Assembly (NCBI RefSeq): GCF_006345805.1
Contig: NC_043001.1
Span: forward strand, 682,001 to 746,000
DNA length: 64,000 nt
Source of the DNA: Octopus sinensis
Taxonomy: Eukaryota
Direction of reading: 5' to 3'
Below, one piece after another: positions 49,806-61,699 of the stretch; the stretch's first letter is position 1; each line of letters begins with the position of its first letter. Under the pieces are notes generated by a model, which saw nothing but the letters and a program-made list of their open reading frames with translations, searched no databases and had not been told where the DNA came from. The position numbers were made by a program, and so were the translations under genes.

Positions 49806-50453
49806 CAAAGTTAGATGGGATTCTTCCCTGATGAAGAATTGTGGCCCTAAAGGAATGAAAGGAATAAAGAAAAATATCTTGGCTTGGGAAAGGTTTAGCT
49901 AACTGAATTGGCCCCCAATATATAGCTGGTTTTGTGGAATAAAAAGTCATTTTAGAACTGGCATTTATTTATGGACAACATAAATATAACCCAACATATT
50001 ACTCCATGGACAATTGGAAGATTAGAGGAAATGTATTATAATGATATTACTTTGTTTGGAAAAAGGTAAAGGTTAGTGGCAGGAAAGGCATGCATCCATA
50101 GATACGTGTGTATATATATGTATGTATTACACATACATATATATGAACGCGCATGTATGTATATTCACACACAAATATGTGGATTTCTACACATATACAT
50201 ACATACAGGTGTATACATGCTTGTGAATGCACACACACACACACACACACACTAAAAAACAAGTTTGGAATTCTATGAAGTCCAAAGATGACCTTTGATG
50301 ACTTTTACCAGTTAAAACAGTTTTTCTAAGAAACATTTTCAGAAGAAAAAAAAACTCATGAAGACAATGAGACAACAACACAAGAAACAGGAGAACACCA
50401 ATAACAAGGGAGACCAAACCCTATTTACTACCTCCTCTCTTATCACTACCCTC

Positions 50454-50488
<35 letters not shown>

Positions 50489-50989
50489 TGATGATGATGA
50501 TGACAACAATAGCAATATGGAAACTCTTAACAAGTTTTTGTCCATCACAATAGACTGACAAATAATCAGTGTTTTATGTGTGAAAGTGAAAATGCAACAT
50601 TGAAAAATCTCGGGGTGGGGGAAAAGAGAGAAAGAGAGAGAGAGAGACTGATTGCTGACAAAAGTTAAAAACTCATGGAGTAGCTACTTTATTTTTTTTA
50701 TTTGGTTGTGTTTGTGAAGTTTGCTTTGAAAATCCCATTTGTTTCTTATATTTTGAACAGATTTTTAAAGTTTTAATTCCTGGTTTTACGTAATTCTTGG
50801 GTTTATGATTTCAGACACCTCACAGGGATACAAAATATATCGGAGGGCTGGTGGGAGACAGATCATTGTATTATTTTACAGTGGTATATGATAATGGCTA
50901 TTAAAACAGACTCCAGCAACGTAACAACAACAACAAAGGTAACAAGACATTTTAGTTTTTCCCTGTTGATTTAAAAAAATATTCTTTTG

Positions 50990-51058
50990 GTATTATCATT
51001 ATTATTATTGTTATTATCATCATCATCAACATTATTATTACTATAATTGTTATTATCA

Positions 51059-51089
<31 letters not shown>

Positions 51090-51094
51090 CATCA

Positions 51095-51134
<40 letters not shown>

Positions 51135-51142
51135 CATCATTG

Positions 51143-51191
<49 letters not shown>

Positions 51192-51196
51192 CATCA

Positions 51197-51255
<59 letters not shown>

Positions 51256-51260
51256 GTTGT
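50990..51260. repeat. (ATT)n microsatellite with periodic ATCATCATTGTT interruptions
   Basis: Seen directly. Confidence 0.95.
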
Positions 51261-51618
51261 TATTTGAAACTATCTTTTGAACTCTTTTTTACCATCTTTA
51301 TTTGCAGATTGTTGGTTGGAGAAGTTTTAGCAATTAGGTATCAAAAATAAATGAAAAGAAAAATGAATGAAATGAAAGGTGTAGAGGGGGAAGGAGAGAG
51401 GGGGAGGGAAAAATGAAAGAAAGAGAGAGAAGCATAAAGAAAGGAAGGAATGATGGAGAAGAGAAGAGAGAATGAGATTTTACAAAGAAGAAAACAATGA
51501 AAAGCGGAAAAAGCAAAACAAAAGAAAGACAAAATAAAAAGCTGAATAATGAGGAAGGAAGAAATAAGAGAATGAAAAGACAGAAGGAGATGAAGGAGTA
51601 AGTGAAAAATAAAAAAAT

Positions 51619-51623
<5 letters not shown>

Positions 51624-51682
<59 letters not shown>
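51624..51682. repeat. (GA)n microsatellite within a purine-rich tract
   Basis: Seen directly. Confidence 0.95.
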
Positions 51683-51686
<4 letters not shown>

Positions 51687-52015
51687 AATAAAGATGAATA
51701 AAAGAGAAAGCAAAGATGTGCAATAATGTGGAAATAACGAGAAAGAAAGAATGAAAGGAAGATATTAATGGAAGAAGAGGAAGGAAGCAGAATAATAGAA
51801 AGAATAGAGAGAAGAAAGAAGTGGTGGGAAGGGAAGAGGAAATAATCATTGAAAGTTAGAAAAGAAGAAGTTGAAGGAAAAGGGAAAAACCGTATTTCAT
51901 TCAGGTTTACTTTTTCTCTTTCTGTCTGTGGTGTAAGTGTGCGTGTGTGTTTGTATATATAGACATGCATATACGTATATACATACATATATATATATGT
52001 ATATGTATATGTATG

Positions 52016-52056
<41 letters not shown>

Positions 52057-52171
52057 ATACATATATATGTATATACATATACATATGTATATATATACAC
52101 ACATACATATATACATATGTATATACATATCTATATATGTATATACATACATACATATATATATATATATG

Positions 52172-52413
52172 TAAAATACACCAATCCGATCGTGGCCATT
52201 GCCAGCCTCGCCTGGCACCTGTGCAGGTGGCACGTAAAAAGCACCCACTTCACTCACGGAGTGGTTGGCGTTAGGAAGGGCATCCAGCTGTAGAAACATT
52301 GCCAGATAAGACTGGAGCCTGGTGCAGCCTTCTGGCTTCCCGGATCCCCGGTCGAACCGTCCAACCCATGCTAGCATGGAGAACGGACGTTAAATGATGA
52401 TGATGATGATGAT
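52172..52413 (+). mobile_element. RTE 3'-tail insertion within a (TA)-rich microsatellite
   Basis: Close match to 6940-7174. Confidence 0.88.
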
Positions 52414-52477
52414 ATATATATATATATATATAAATAAATATATATATATACATATGTATATACATGCACATACATGC

Positions 52478-52509
<32 letters not shown>

Positions 52510-52549
52510 GTATATACATGCATATATATATATAAATATACATATATAC

Positions 52550-52680
52550 ATATGTATATACATGCGTATATATATATATAAATCATCATCATCATCATCA
52601 TCGTTTAGCGTCCGTTTTCCTAAACGATGATGATGATGATGATGATTTATATATATATATACACGCATGTATATACATAT
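52550..52680. repeat. Palindrome made of two head-to-head RTE tail ends plus mirrored flanks
   Basis: CATGCGT..AAAT(CAT)nCGTTTAG-cgtccgttttc-CTAAACG(ATG)nATTT..ACGCATG. Confidence 0.85.
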
Positions 52681-52756
52681 ATATATACATATATATACAT
52701 ATATATATATACATGTATATATATATATGTATATATGTATATATATATGTATATAT

Positions 52757-52790
<34 letters not shown>

Positions 52791-53430
52791 GCATGAGAGA
52801 GAGAGAGAGAGAATGAATATTAGAGATAAATAATCAAAGAATAAGAACAAGGAAAGAGTTTATAAAAAGAATATCCTATTTAAGTTATGTGATGCAAATA
52901 AATGAATTTAAATTGAAAAAAATACAATGAATATAGAAGAAATAAAAATATAAATAAATAAAATAATATATAAAAAGCAAAAACAAAATGCAAAGGTAAA
53001 ATGGAGAAGTGTGATTAAGCAAATAAAGAGAATATGAATTGAAATAAATGTTAATAATTCTTGACAGAGAATGAATGCTCTGATTCAAAATGGTTAAGAA
53101 TCTTAGTAGAGAGTTTAAAGCTTGATTTTTCTGTGATAAAATCTAATTTCCATGTGTGCCACTGCACCAAATGCTACATTAATGGATTTCTCTCTCAAAA
53201 CATATCCTCAGAAAATAAATCCAAATAAATCTTACCACAAGCATAATTACCGAAGATCTGAGCAGTGACTTCTTTTACTGGGAAAAACCTTTTAATTTGG
53301 ATTTTGTTTACTGTGTGGTGTGTGTGTGCCTATATGAGTATATATCTATAAGTGTATGCATGCATATATACACACATATATAAGTGTATGTATGTGTGTG
53401 TATGTGTATATACATATATATATATATATA

Positions 53431-53695
53431 ATTTTTTTCAGAATGAGATAAAAAACCAAGGCTGTGAAGATTTTAGAACATTTATAAATAGAGGGTCTTA
53501 CAGCCTTGGTTTTTTTTATCTCATTTCAAAAAAAATTTTATATATACACACACTGATATATGACCTACGTCGGTCTCCTTATTTGTATAATCACTGAACC
53601 TGGAGCTTAACTATGGTCTATCATTCATAGCACTTACTCAGCATTACCTGACACCTTTGGGTCTTATTGACACCATTACCTCTTATAACTTCTAT
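53431..53695 (+). mobile_element. Collapsed copy of the 18248-19405 fold-back element
   Basis: Retains the outer arm ends (ATGAGATAAAAAACCAAGGCTGT / ACAGCCTTGGTTTTTTTTATCTCAT) and the tail matching 18248-18377 in reverse complement. Confidence 0.85.
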
Positions 53696-53789
53696 ATAAA
53701 TAGTTGAAATTTACAGAAAAACAAAAGACGAAGACAGGTGTATGAACAACCAGCAGGTGTATTAGTTTGACACTCGGAAAAGTGAGAAA

Positions 53790-54270
53790 GATCCAGATGA
53801 CTTCAGAATCGCCTGCAACTCTTCTGGATGGTCTGCTTGTTTAAGTTGGTGAATGCTGCCATAATCCTTGCCTTCGGTTAATCTTTTGTGTTACAAGGAG
53901 TTTTGTTGGTCTCTTGCTCAACTGCACCCCACACATAATAATCAAGGGGAATGCAGTCTGGGGAGTTAGGTGGCCAGATGGTAGGGGTGATGTGGTCCCA
54001 GAAATTGTCTCCTGCTTGTGTGGCATGGTGCAGAATCCTGTTGCTAGATGTATGGTCTTCCAGCAGCCACCCTCTTGACCCAGGGCAGCACTACTTCCTC
54101 CAAGCACTTGATGTAGACCTCTGTGTTGAGTCTGAGGCTGTGTGGGAAGATGAAAGGTCACCATCACTAGTAATCACTCCAAACACCACCATGTTGACTG
54201 GATGTTTGATTTTGATCACTCTCAGTACACGATCATGTTGGAGCTTCTGGCATGAAATTTTTGGATGCAA
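53790..54270 (-). mobile_element. DD37D/maT-type transposase remnant
   Basis: QQDSAPCHTS; IWPPNSPDCIPLDYYVWGAVEQETNKTPCNTKD. Confidence 0.85.
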
Positions 54271-54278
54271 ATTTGTAT

Positions 54279-54468
54279 GTAAACCAAGACTATATATGTT
54301 TCCAAGATAAACTTAACTCTTATGTAACTCATGACACATAAATATACGATTTAGCTTTCCTTCAGGTGTGATTACCTGTGCTTGTTTGCATCATTGCCAC
54401 ATGGAAAGCCAAATGCTATCTTTAAGTGTTACGAGTTTAACTTGGAAACAAATGAAGTCTTGATTTAC
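54279..54468. repeat. Diverged inverted repeat
   Basis: GTAAACCAAGACT..TGTTTCCAAGATAAACT vs AGTTTAACTTGGAAACA..AGTCTTGATTTAC; inner pair ATTTAGCTTTCC / GGAAAGCCAAAT. Confidence 0.7.
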
Positions 54469-54731
54469 TCCGGATTTATTTTTGTATATTTAACAATTTT
54501 TGTTGCTAAACTCTGAGTTGTTTAGTGGTGGTCATCATATTGAAATTGTCACCTATTTCAATATGGGATAAGGTGTGTAACAGGCACCAGTTAAACTTTG
54601 TCGGTCGTTTATTATCAACTTTTTGTCATCTCTACCAGATGTGTACGTGCTCGATGCTTACGAACTTCCTATACAAAAGTCTTTTCAGACCCTAGTACTC
54701 TATCACTATATATGTGTGTGTGTGTGTGTGT

Positions 54732-55026
54732 ATAAAAATTGAATAAATATAGTCAACAAGAAGGAGTACGGTTAGACAGCTATTTAATAAGCATTAAATA
54801 TGTTCCAATACAACATAGATCCACATATACACAGGATATAAATTAAGCAATGGTTTACCTGCATACTGGGATCCAGTTGTATCCCCTCAAGTAATATATA
54901 ATCCAAGATGGATGTGCTATTGAAATCCTGTGTATGTGTGCATCTATGTTGTATCAAGACATGTGGTGTTTATTAAACAGCTGTCGAACTGTACTCTTTC
55001 CTGTTGGTTCTATTTCTTCAATTTTT
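54732..55026. repeat. Diverged inverted repeat with ~105-bp arms
   Basis: TAAAAATTGAA..CAACAAGAAGGAGTACGGTTAGACAGCT..ATACAACATAGAT..ACACAGGAT vs ATCCTGTGT..ATCTATGTTGTAT..AGCTGTCGAACTGTACTC..TGTTG..TTCAATTTTTA. Confidence 0.8.
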
Positions 55027-55147
55027 ATTTTTCACACACAAGGAATACCAAAGCCTAGACTTTGAACACTACTGGCTGTTTGGTAATTCTAAGCGTGAAC
55101 AAACACTATTTTGTACTCTAATACGTTCCTAAGAGAACACACTTTAA

Positions 55148-55195
<48 letters not shown>

Positions 55196-55197
<2 letters not shown>

Positions 55198-55325
55198 CTA
55201 AACCCTTTATATGCAGGAAACCCAGGGTAATTCCATAAACCAGCCTTCCCCATTTTTAATATATACTGCTCTACATCTTAGAGTGTGCTTCTCCAGATTG
55301 ATGTTTTCTACAAACAATACACACA
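55196..55325 (+). repeat. Unclassified ~130-bp dispersed repeat (copy 2)
   Basis: Matches 3029-3155. Confidence 0.8.
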
Positions 55326-55353
55326 CACATACATACATACATACATACATGCA

Positions 55354-55905
55354 TGGTGCTGCCGCCTCATTATCGAGTATGGCCATTGCATGAAGCTTAA
55401 TTAATGTTGTTATCGTACAATGCCTGTGCAAGAAGATTTTTTAAAGTAAGGAAAGGCTGTGCACTGAGTCAATCCCACTCACTAAGCAACAGCAGTCTTA
55501 AAATCCGAAAAGAAGAACAAGTCAACATCAACGGTAACCACTAAGCCGCAGGTTTTATGTCAGAGTTATCCCAGTTACCTGAGTTACCTTCTCCTAGAAG
55601 GATGCCCTGACAAAGGCTAGGAGTCCTTCACTCCCAATGGTTTAACCGCGCGATCGGGCAATTCAGTCCGATTATTTCTATGTACCCGCGCATGATACAG
55701 CCTTAAGACATTTATTGGATGGCTGTTGACTCTCAAGAGTTTCTCCGCCCTTTGATGGGTTTTGTTTTTCACCCCGCAGGGTGTGCAATAATCACCCTCC
55801 TCACTAAGCAAGCTTGGTGGGGTTGCCGGTTTAGTCGACGACGACCCGACCATGCAACAGGTTGTACTGGGTTACATGTTACCAGTAGCACTTGAAAGTG
55901 ACCTG
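55354..55905 (-). mobile_element. Non-autonomous retroelement sharing its 3' tail with the zinc-finger RTE LINE
   Basis: The - strand ends TGCAATGGCCATACTCGATAATGAGGCGGCAGC vs LINE 43323-43355 TGCAATGGCCATACTCGATAATGAGGGGGCAGC; the body is GC-richer and non-coding. Confidence 0.75.
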
Positions 55906-56349
55906 ATACATACACACACATATATACATACAGTCATGAAAACAATAATGCAATTATGAAATATTTTACTGAATATATTTATTTCTAGATTTTTTTTGTC
56001 TTGAGTGTGTGTAAAATAGACACACGCATACAGATTATAGAAATATGGACTCCTTAAATAAATACACACACATACAGATATACAGATTAAATACACACAC
56101 ACATACATACATACATTATATATATTCTTTTTACACTTCCACTTGTTTCAGTCATTAGACCGCAACCATACTGGGGCACTGCCATGACAGGCTGAATCAA
56201 GTCTTGTGCTTATCCTATTGGTCTCCTTTGCCAAACCGCTGGGTCACAGGGACATAAATACACCAACACTGGTTGTCATTCATTCATTCATTCATACATA
56301 CATACATACATACATACATACATACAATGAACACCACAGATGATCAGAA

Positions 56350-57402
56350 TATAGATTCCATCACATGCCAGGGGGGTGGGGAAATAGAAGTAGTTGATAG
56401 TTTTTGCTAACTAGGGGACCAAGTCAGCAGTGGAGGGTGGATGCTCAGAGAGTATTAGCACTAGAATAAGAATTGCATGGGCAAAGTTCAGACAGCTCTT
56501 ACCTCTGCTGGTAACAAAGAACCTCTAGCTCAGAGTGAAATGGGGCATGTGTACGAACTGCCATACTTCATGGCAGTGAAACATGAGCTGTGACTGCTGA
56601 AGATATGCATCAAAAGAAATGAATCGAGCATGATCCACTGGATGTGTAATGTCAGTGTGCCCTGAGAGAAATGTTGGACATAAGAAGCATCAGATGTGGC
56701 ATGAAAGAGAGACGTTTGCATTGATATGGTCATGTACTGTGAATGGATGAGGAGAGATGTGTGAAAAAGTGCCACTCCCAAACAGTGGAAGGAATCTGGG
56801 ATAGAGGGAGACCCAGGAAGACATGGGATAAGGTGGTGAAGCATGACCTTCAAAAGTTGGGCCTCACAGAGGATATGACAAAAAACTGAGACCTCTGGAG
56901 GTATGCTGTGACTGAGACGACCTGGCAAATAAAGTGAGTTCACAGCTATAACCACACCAGTGTCACATAACCAGCCCACTCAAAAGTACCTTGGATTGTA
57001 GGGCAACATGCCATGCTTGGGGAGACCTATTGAGTCAAGTACATCAAAATCAAATCAAATTACAATCAAATGGAAATTGTAGTTGTAACCCCTGTGCCAG
57101 TGGAAAGTAACAAGCACCATCCAAATGTGGCCGATGCCAGTGCCGCCTTGACTGGCTTCTGTACCGGTGACACATAAATAGCACTATCCGATCGTGGCCA
57201 ATGCCAGCTCCCCTGGCCCCTGTGCTGGTGGCACGTAAAAAGCACCTACTACACTCTTGAAGTGGTTGGCACTGGGAAGGGCATACAGCTGTAAAAACAC
57301 TGCCAGATCAGATTGGAGCCTGGTGCAGCCTCCTGGCTTCCCAGACCCCACTCGAACCATCCAACCCATGCCAGCATGGAAAACAGATGTTAAACGATGA
57401 TG
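56350..57402 (+). mobile_element. 5'-truncated RTE LINE (family of 3168-4092 and 6502-7174)
   Basis: IEVVDSFC*LGD; STRIRIAWAKFRQLLPLL; HGSET; RGRPRKTWDKVVKHDL; same 3' UTR and (GAT) tail. Confidence 0.9.
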
Positions 57403-58325
57403 GCATACATACACACATGTATAAGGGTCTTCAGACGTTGGGCCTTATTGTGGAGATGACAAGGGACTAAGATTTCTGGTGATTTGCTCTGCCTTAGGAG
57501 ATTAGTAAAATCATGGCCATCCATACAGATAGGCATGTCCCTCTCTCGGCTGAGAAATCCTTGTTTTGCAGGTTCACAGATACTGGTGCGATGTAAAAAG
57601 CACCCAGTACACATTGTAAAGGGACTGGCATTAGGAAGTGAATCCAGCCATAGAAAATATGCCAGAACAGTGAATAGGAAAGCCCAGGCAGCCCTTCAGT
57701 TGGCCAGTTCCTGTCAAACCGTCAAAACATGCCAGCATGGAAAACAGATGCTAAATAATGATGATGCTTATACACAAATATATTTGTATATCTGTCTGTC
57801 TGTTTATCTCTCTCTCTCCTCCCCTCCTCCCTCTCTCTCTCTATCTATATGATGGTGTGTTGCCTTGTGGTTAGGATGCAACGTTTCATGATGGCAAGGT
57901 TTCAATTCCTGGACTGGTTGTTATGTTGAGTCCTTGAGCAAAACGTGTCACTCCCTCTCCCCCACTTTATACCACAAATCCATCCCTCTCCTCCTACCTA
58001 CCCTCTTTCATCCCCTCACCCTCTCTCTTTCAGTTGCCTTCATATACAGGATCCACTTTACACTTTTAGCTGAGTAAATTATGAAGTGACCATCACTAGT
58101 GATGGTGCCCCTAAAAGCACCCTAGAACCTTTGTGAAGATGCTGGCATTAGGAAGGGCATCCAGTTGTAGACTCACACACAAAAGAAGAGAGCGGAACAG
58201 GATGCAGTTTCCCTACTCATCAGATCTTGTCAAACCCATCCAACTCAGGGCAGCATGGAACTTGGCTGTTAAAGGACGATCAGCATGATATTCATTTTAT
58301 ATGCACACACACACACCGCACACAC

Positions 58326-58366
<41 letters not shown>

Positions 58367-58415
58367 TTAAATACATATATTCGATGTATGTATTCATAAA
58401 CTATCTGTCTTCGTA

Positions 58416-58449
<34 letters not shown>

Positions 58450-59201
58450 CACAAAGACTTTCAATATTCTTTGGGGGAATTGCCAATACACTTTTAATAT
58501 AATCAATACTTTCTGTATTGATACATGTATAGATGGTATTGAGTCTCATGATATTTTCTTCACACACACACATGCCTGTACACATACACACACATACATA
58601 TATTCACACATACACACATTTTCACACAAATTGAAATGTTTAAAATAGTGAATGATAGAAAAACAACAATAAACGTAGCAAGTTGGATAACAACAACAAC
58701 AACAACAAAAATGGTTGCTTCCAACACATAGAATTATGCAATTATGACTATTTATATTATCAGACAAAGAACTGATATCAACAACAATAATAACAATAAC
58801 AATGAACATGATGATGATGATGATGATGATAAATAAATAATAATATCAATAACAACAATGGTTTCTCTAATTAATAATAATAATGATAATAATTCCAAAT
58901 AACATTAATTATGATGATGATGATGATAACATCTTCAACAACGTTTATCTTTTAAATCTTTTTGTTTGTTCTTTTTTGTTTATTATATTCTACTGTTATC
59001 TTAACTATCTCTTAACTAACTCTGGAGACTAAATTGCACACACACGCACACACACATACACATACACTCACACACACAGAGTCAGGCACAGGAAATTGGT
59101 AAATACAGGTGTGCACACATGCACATACATACATATATTACATACACACACACACATACATATATAGGTATGTGTGTGTATATGTGCGTGTATTATATGT
59201 A

Positions 59202-59233
<32 letters not shown>

Positions 59234-59761
59234 CGAATGCGTATGGCTACATGCATTCACATCCTTCATATGAAAGAGATGGAACATCCCCACACACTTT
59301 CCTGCCTTCATATGCCGGTTACTGCACTGAATTGTACCCACGAACACAAGAACCCACCTCTCCACCTCCCCACTGCGTCAGCATACGATGCAAATTTACA
59401 CATGCATCTCAGAATACATACTGACAAAACTGCAGAGATAAGGAAGACTCAAACTTAAATGCATGCACACACTACTTTAAATTGCATACGTTAATACAAC
59501 CACACACAATCAGTTTATGCATGCACATACACACATACACACACACTTATCTACGCCCACTCACGCCCACCACTTGGATTGGATGTAGGCTGAGAAGAAA
59601 TTAGTCAAAATCTATGATTATGTTAAGTAAGAGTTATAAGAAAGAAGAAATATAAAGTCTGGCATAAAGTATGGAGCTGAGAAAGTCTGAGAGAGAGAGG
59701 TGGAGGTGTATAGGATGAGGGTGGGAGGGAAGGTGTAATGGGCGTCTGTAACGTTAATACG

Positions 59762-59793
<32 letters not shown>

Positions 59794-59959
59794 TAATACA
59801 TGTGGGAGTGGCTGAGATGGGGGAGATTATTTTAATGCTTTCACATTTGAAAAACATTCAAGTGCTCAATACATACTTGCAGGGAAAAATGTACAATTTA
59901 ATACATATGCACATATGTATGTATGGAGGCATGTATATACATAGACATTCCACTATATA

Positions 59960-60086
59960 TGAGCATAATATATATGTATATATATATTATATATAATATA
60001 TGTATACATATATGTGTGAGTGTGTATATATATATATATATGCATATATGTATGTATATATATATATATATATATACACATATATG

Positions 60087-60134
<48 letters not shown>

Positions 60135-60150
60135 TGTATGTATATGATAT
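59960..60150. repeat. (TA)-rich microsatellite
   Basis: Seen directly. Confidence 0.95.
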
Positions 60151-60583
60151 GACATATATGATAGGTTCTCTCATTGATTTTGACGAACGTGTGCTCCAGT
60201 TGTTCAATCAACGGAACTACCTACTCATTGAGTGGCATAGGGTTGGGAGTTGGGGAAGGATTCCACCGACACTTGTACTCTTAATGGAATCCAATGGACT
60301 GCCATGCAATTTCTATCCAATTTCATCATTTATAATGTTAAGGCCAAAGTGATGTTATAGAAGAAGAAACTTGCTCAAGGTACTGCAAACTGAGATTAAA
60401 TCTCGAACCTCGTGATCACAATGCAAACTTCTTGATATCTCTTTCTCTCTCTCCCCCTCTCTCTCTCTCACACACACAGTTTCCTGCTGTTATTTGAGTG
60501 GATGTCAGCAATTTTCAGCAAAAAAAAATGTAAATTACCACATTAATTTACAGTAATTCATGAATTTATTCTACATGAAGTAA

Positions 60584-60621
<38 letters not shown>

Positions 60622-60727
60622 GCACATGTGCATGGACTTAGATACATGTATATGTGTGTGTGTGTGTGTACATGTGTTTGTGCGTACCCATATATACACA
60701 CACACACATATATACATGTGGGTGCAT

Positions 60728-60768
<41 letters not shown>

Positions 60769-60773
<5 letters not shown>

Positions 60774-61150
60774 TTCCCAAACACGTGGTCCCAGGTTCAG
60801 TCCCACAGCATGGCACTTTCGGAAAGTGTTTTCTACCCTTGAACTGACCAAAGCATTGGGAGTGGATTTGGTGGACAGAAACTGAAAAAAGCCTATTGTG
60901 TATATGCATGTGTGTGTATGCATGTGTGCATGCATATGTGTGTGTGTGCATGTGTTTGTGTTTGTCCACCACCACTTGACCACTGGTGTTGGTGTGTTTT
61001 ACATCCCCATGACTTAGCAGTTGAGCAAAAGAAATCAATAGAACAAGTACCAGGCTTAAAAACAGAAAATAAGTTCTGGGATTGATTCATTCAACAAAAT
61101 GTCTTGAAGGTGGTGCTCCAGTATGGCCGCAGTTGAATGAGTGAAATGAG
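60769..61150 (+). mobile_element. SINE family A, head truncated
   Basis: CTTGCTTCCCAA..GGTTCAGTCCCAC..GTGGATTTGG..GGTGCTCCAGTATGGCCGCAG. Confidence 0.8.
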
Positions 61151-61249
61151 TCAAAAATGAAAGATATCTAAATAACTGGTGATTGCAGTAAATAGAGATT
61201 AAGGGGTAGTGGTGGGGGTAACAAATGGGGATGAAAAAGAAGAGGAGGA

Positions 61250-61289
<40 letters not shown>

Positions 61290-61344
61290 TATCATAATAA
61301 TGATAATAATAATAATAATAGTAATAATAATAATAATAATAATC

Positions 61345-61545
61345 CTTTCTAGGCCTGGAATTTAGGGGGAAGGGGTTAAATTGATTATATCGACCCCAGT
61401 TCTCAACTTGTTCTTAATTTATTGACCCTGAAAGGATGAAAGGTAAAGTTGACCTCGGTGGAATTTGAACTCAGAACATAAAGGCAATTGAAATGCCACT
61501 AAGCATTTTGCCTGGCATGCTAACGATTATGCCAGTTCACGGCCA
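61345..61545 (-). mobile_element. SINE family B
   Basis: GAAAGGATGAAAGGTAAAGTTGACCTCGGTGGAATTTGAACTCAGAAC...GCTAACGATTATGCCAG; recurs at several loci. Confidence 0.8.
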
Positions 61546-61546
61546 C

Positions 61547-61596
<50 letters not shown>

Positions 61597-61699
61597 TAAC
61601 AACAACAATAGTAGTAATAATGCTGATACAGTAGAGAGAAAAAGAGAGAGAGAGAGAAATGATATCCCCTTTGCAATCCCCACACAGGACAGATTACTG

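Noticed and set aside
49824-49870. CTGATGA...GAAA hammerhead-like spacing
   Set aside because: No convincing stem II or stem III.
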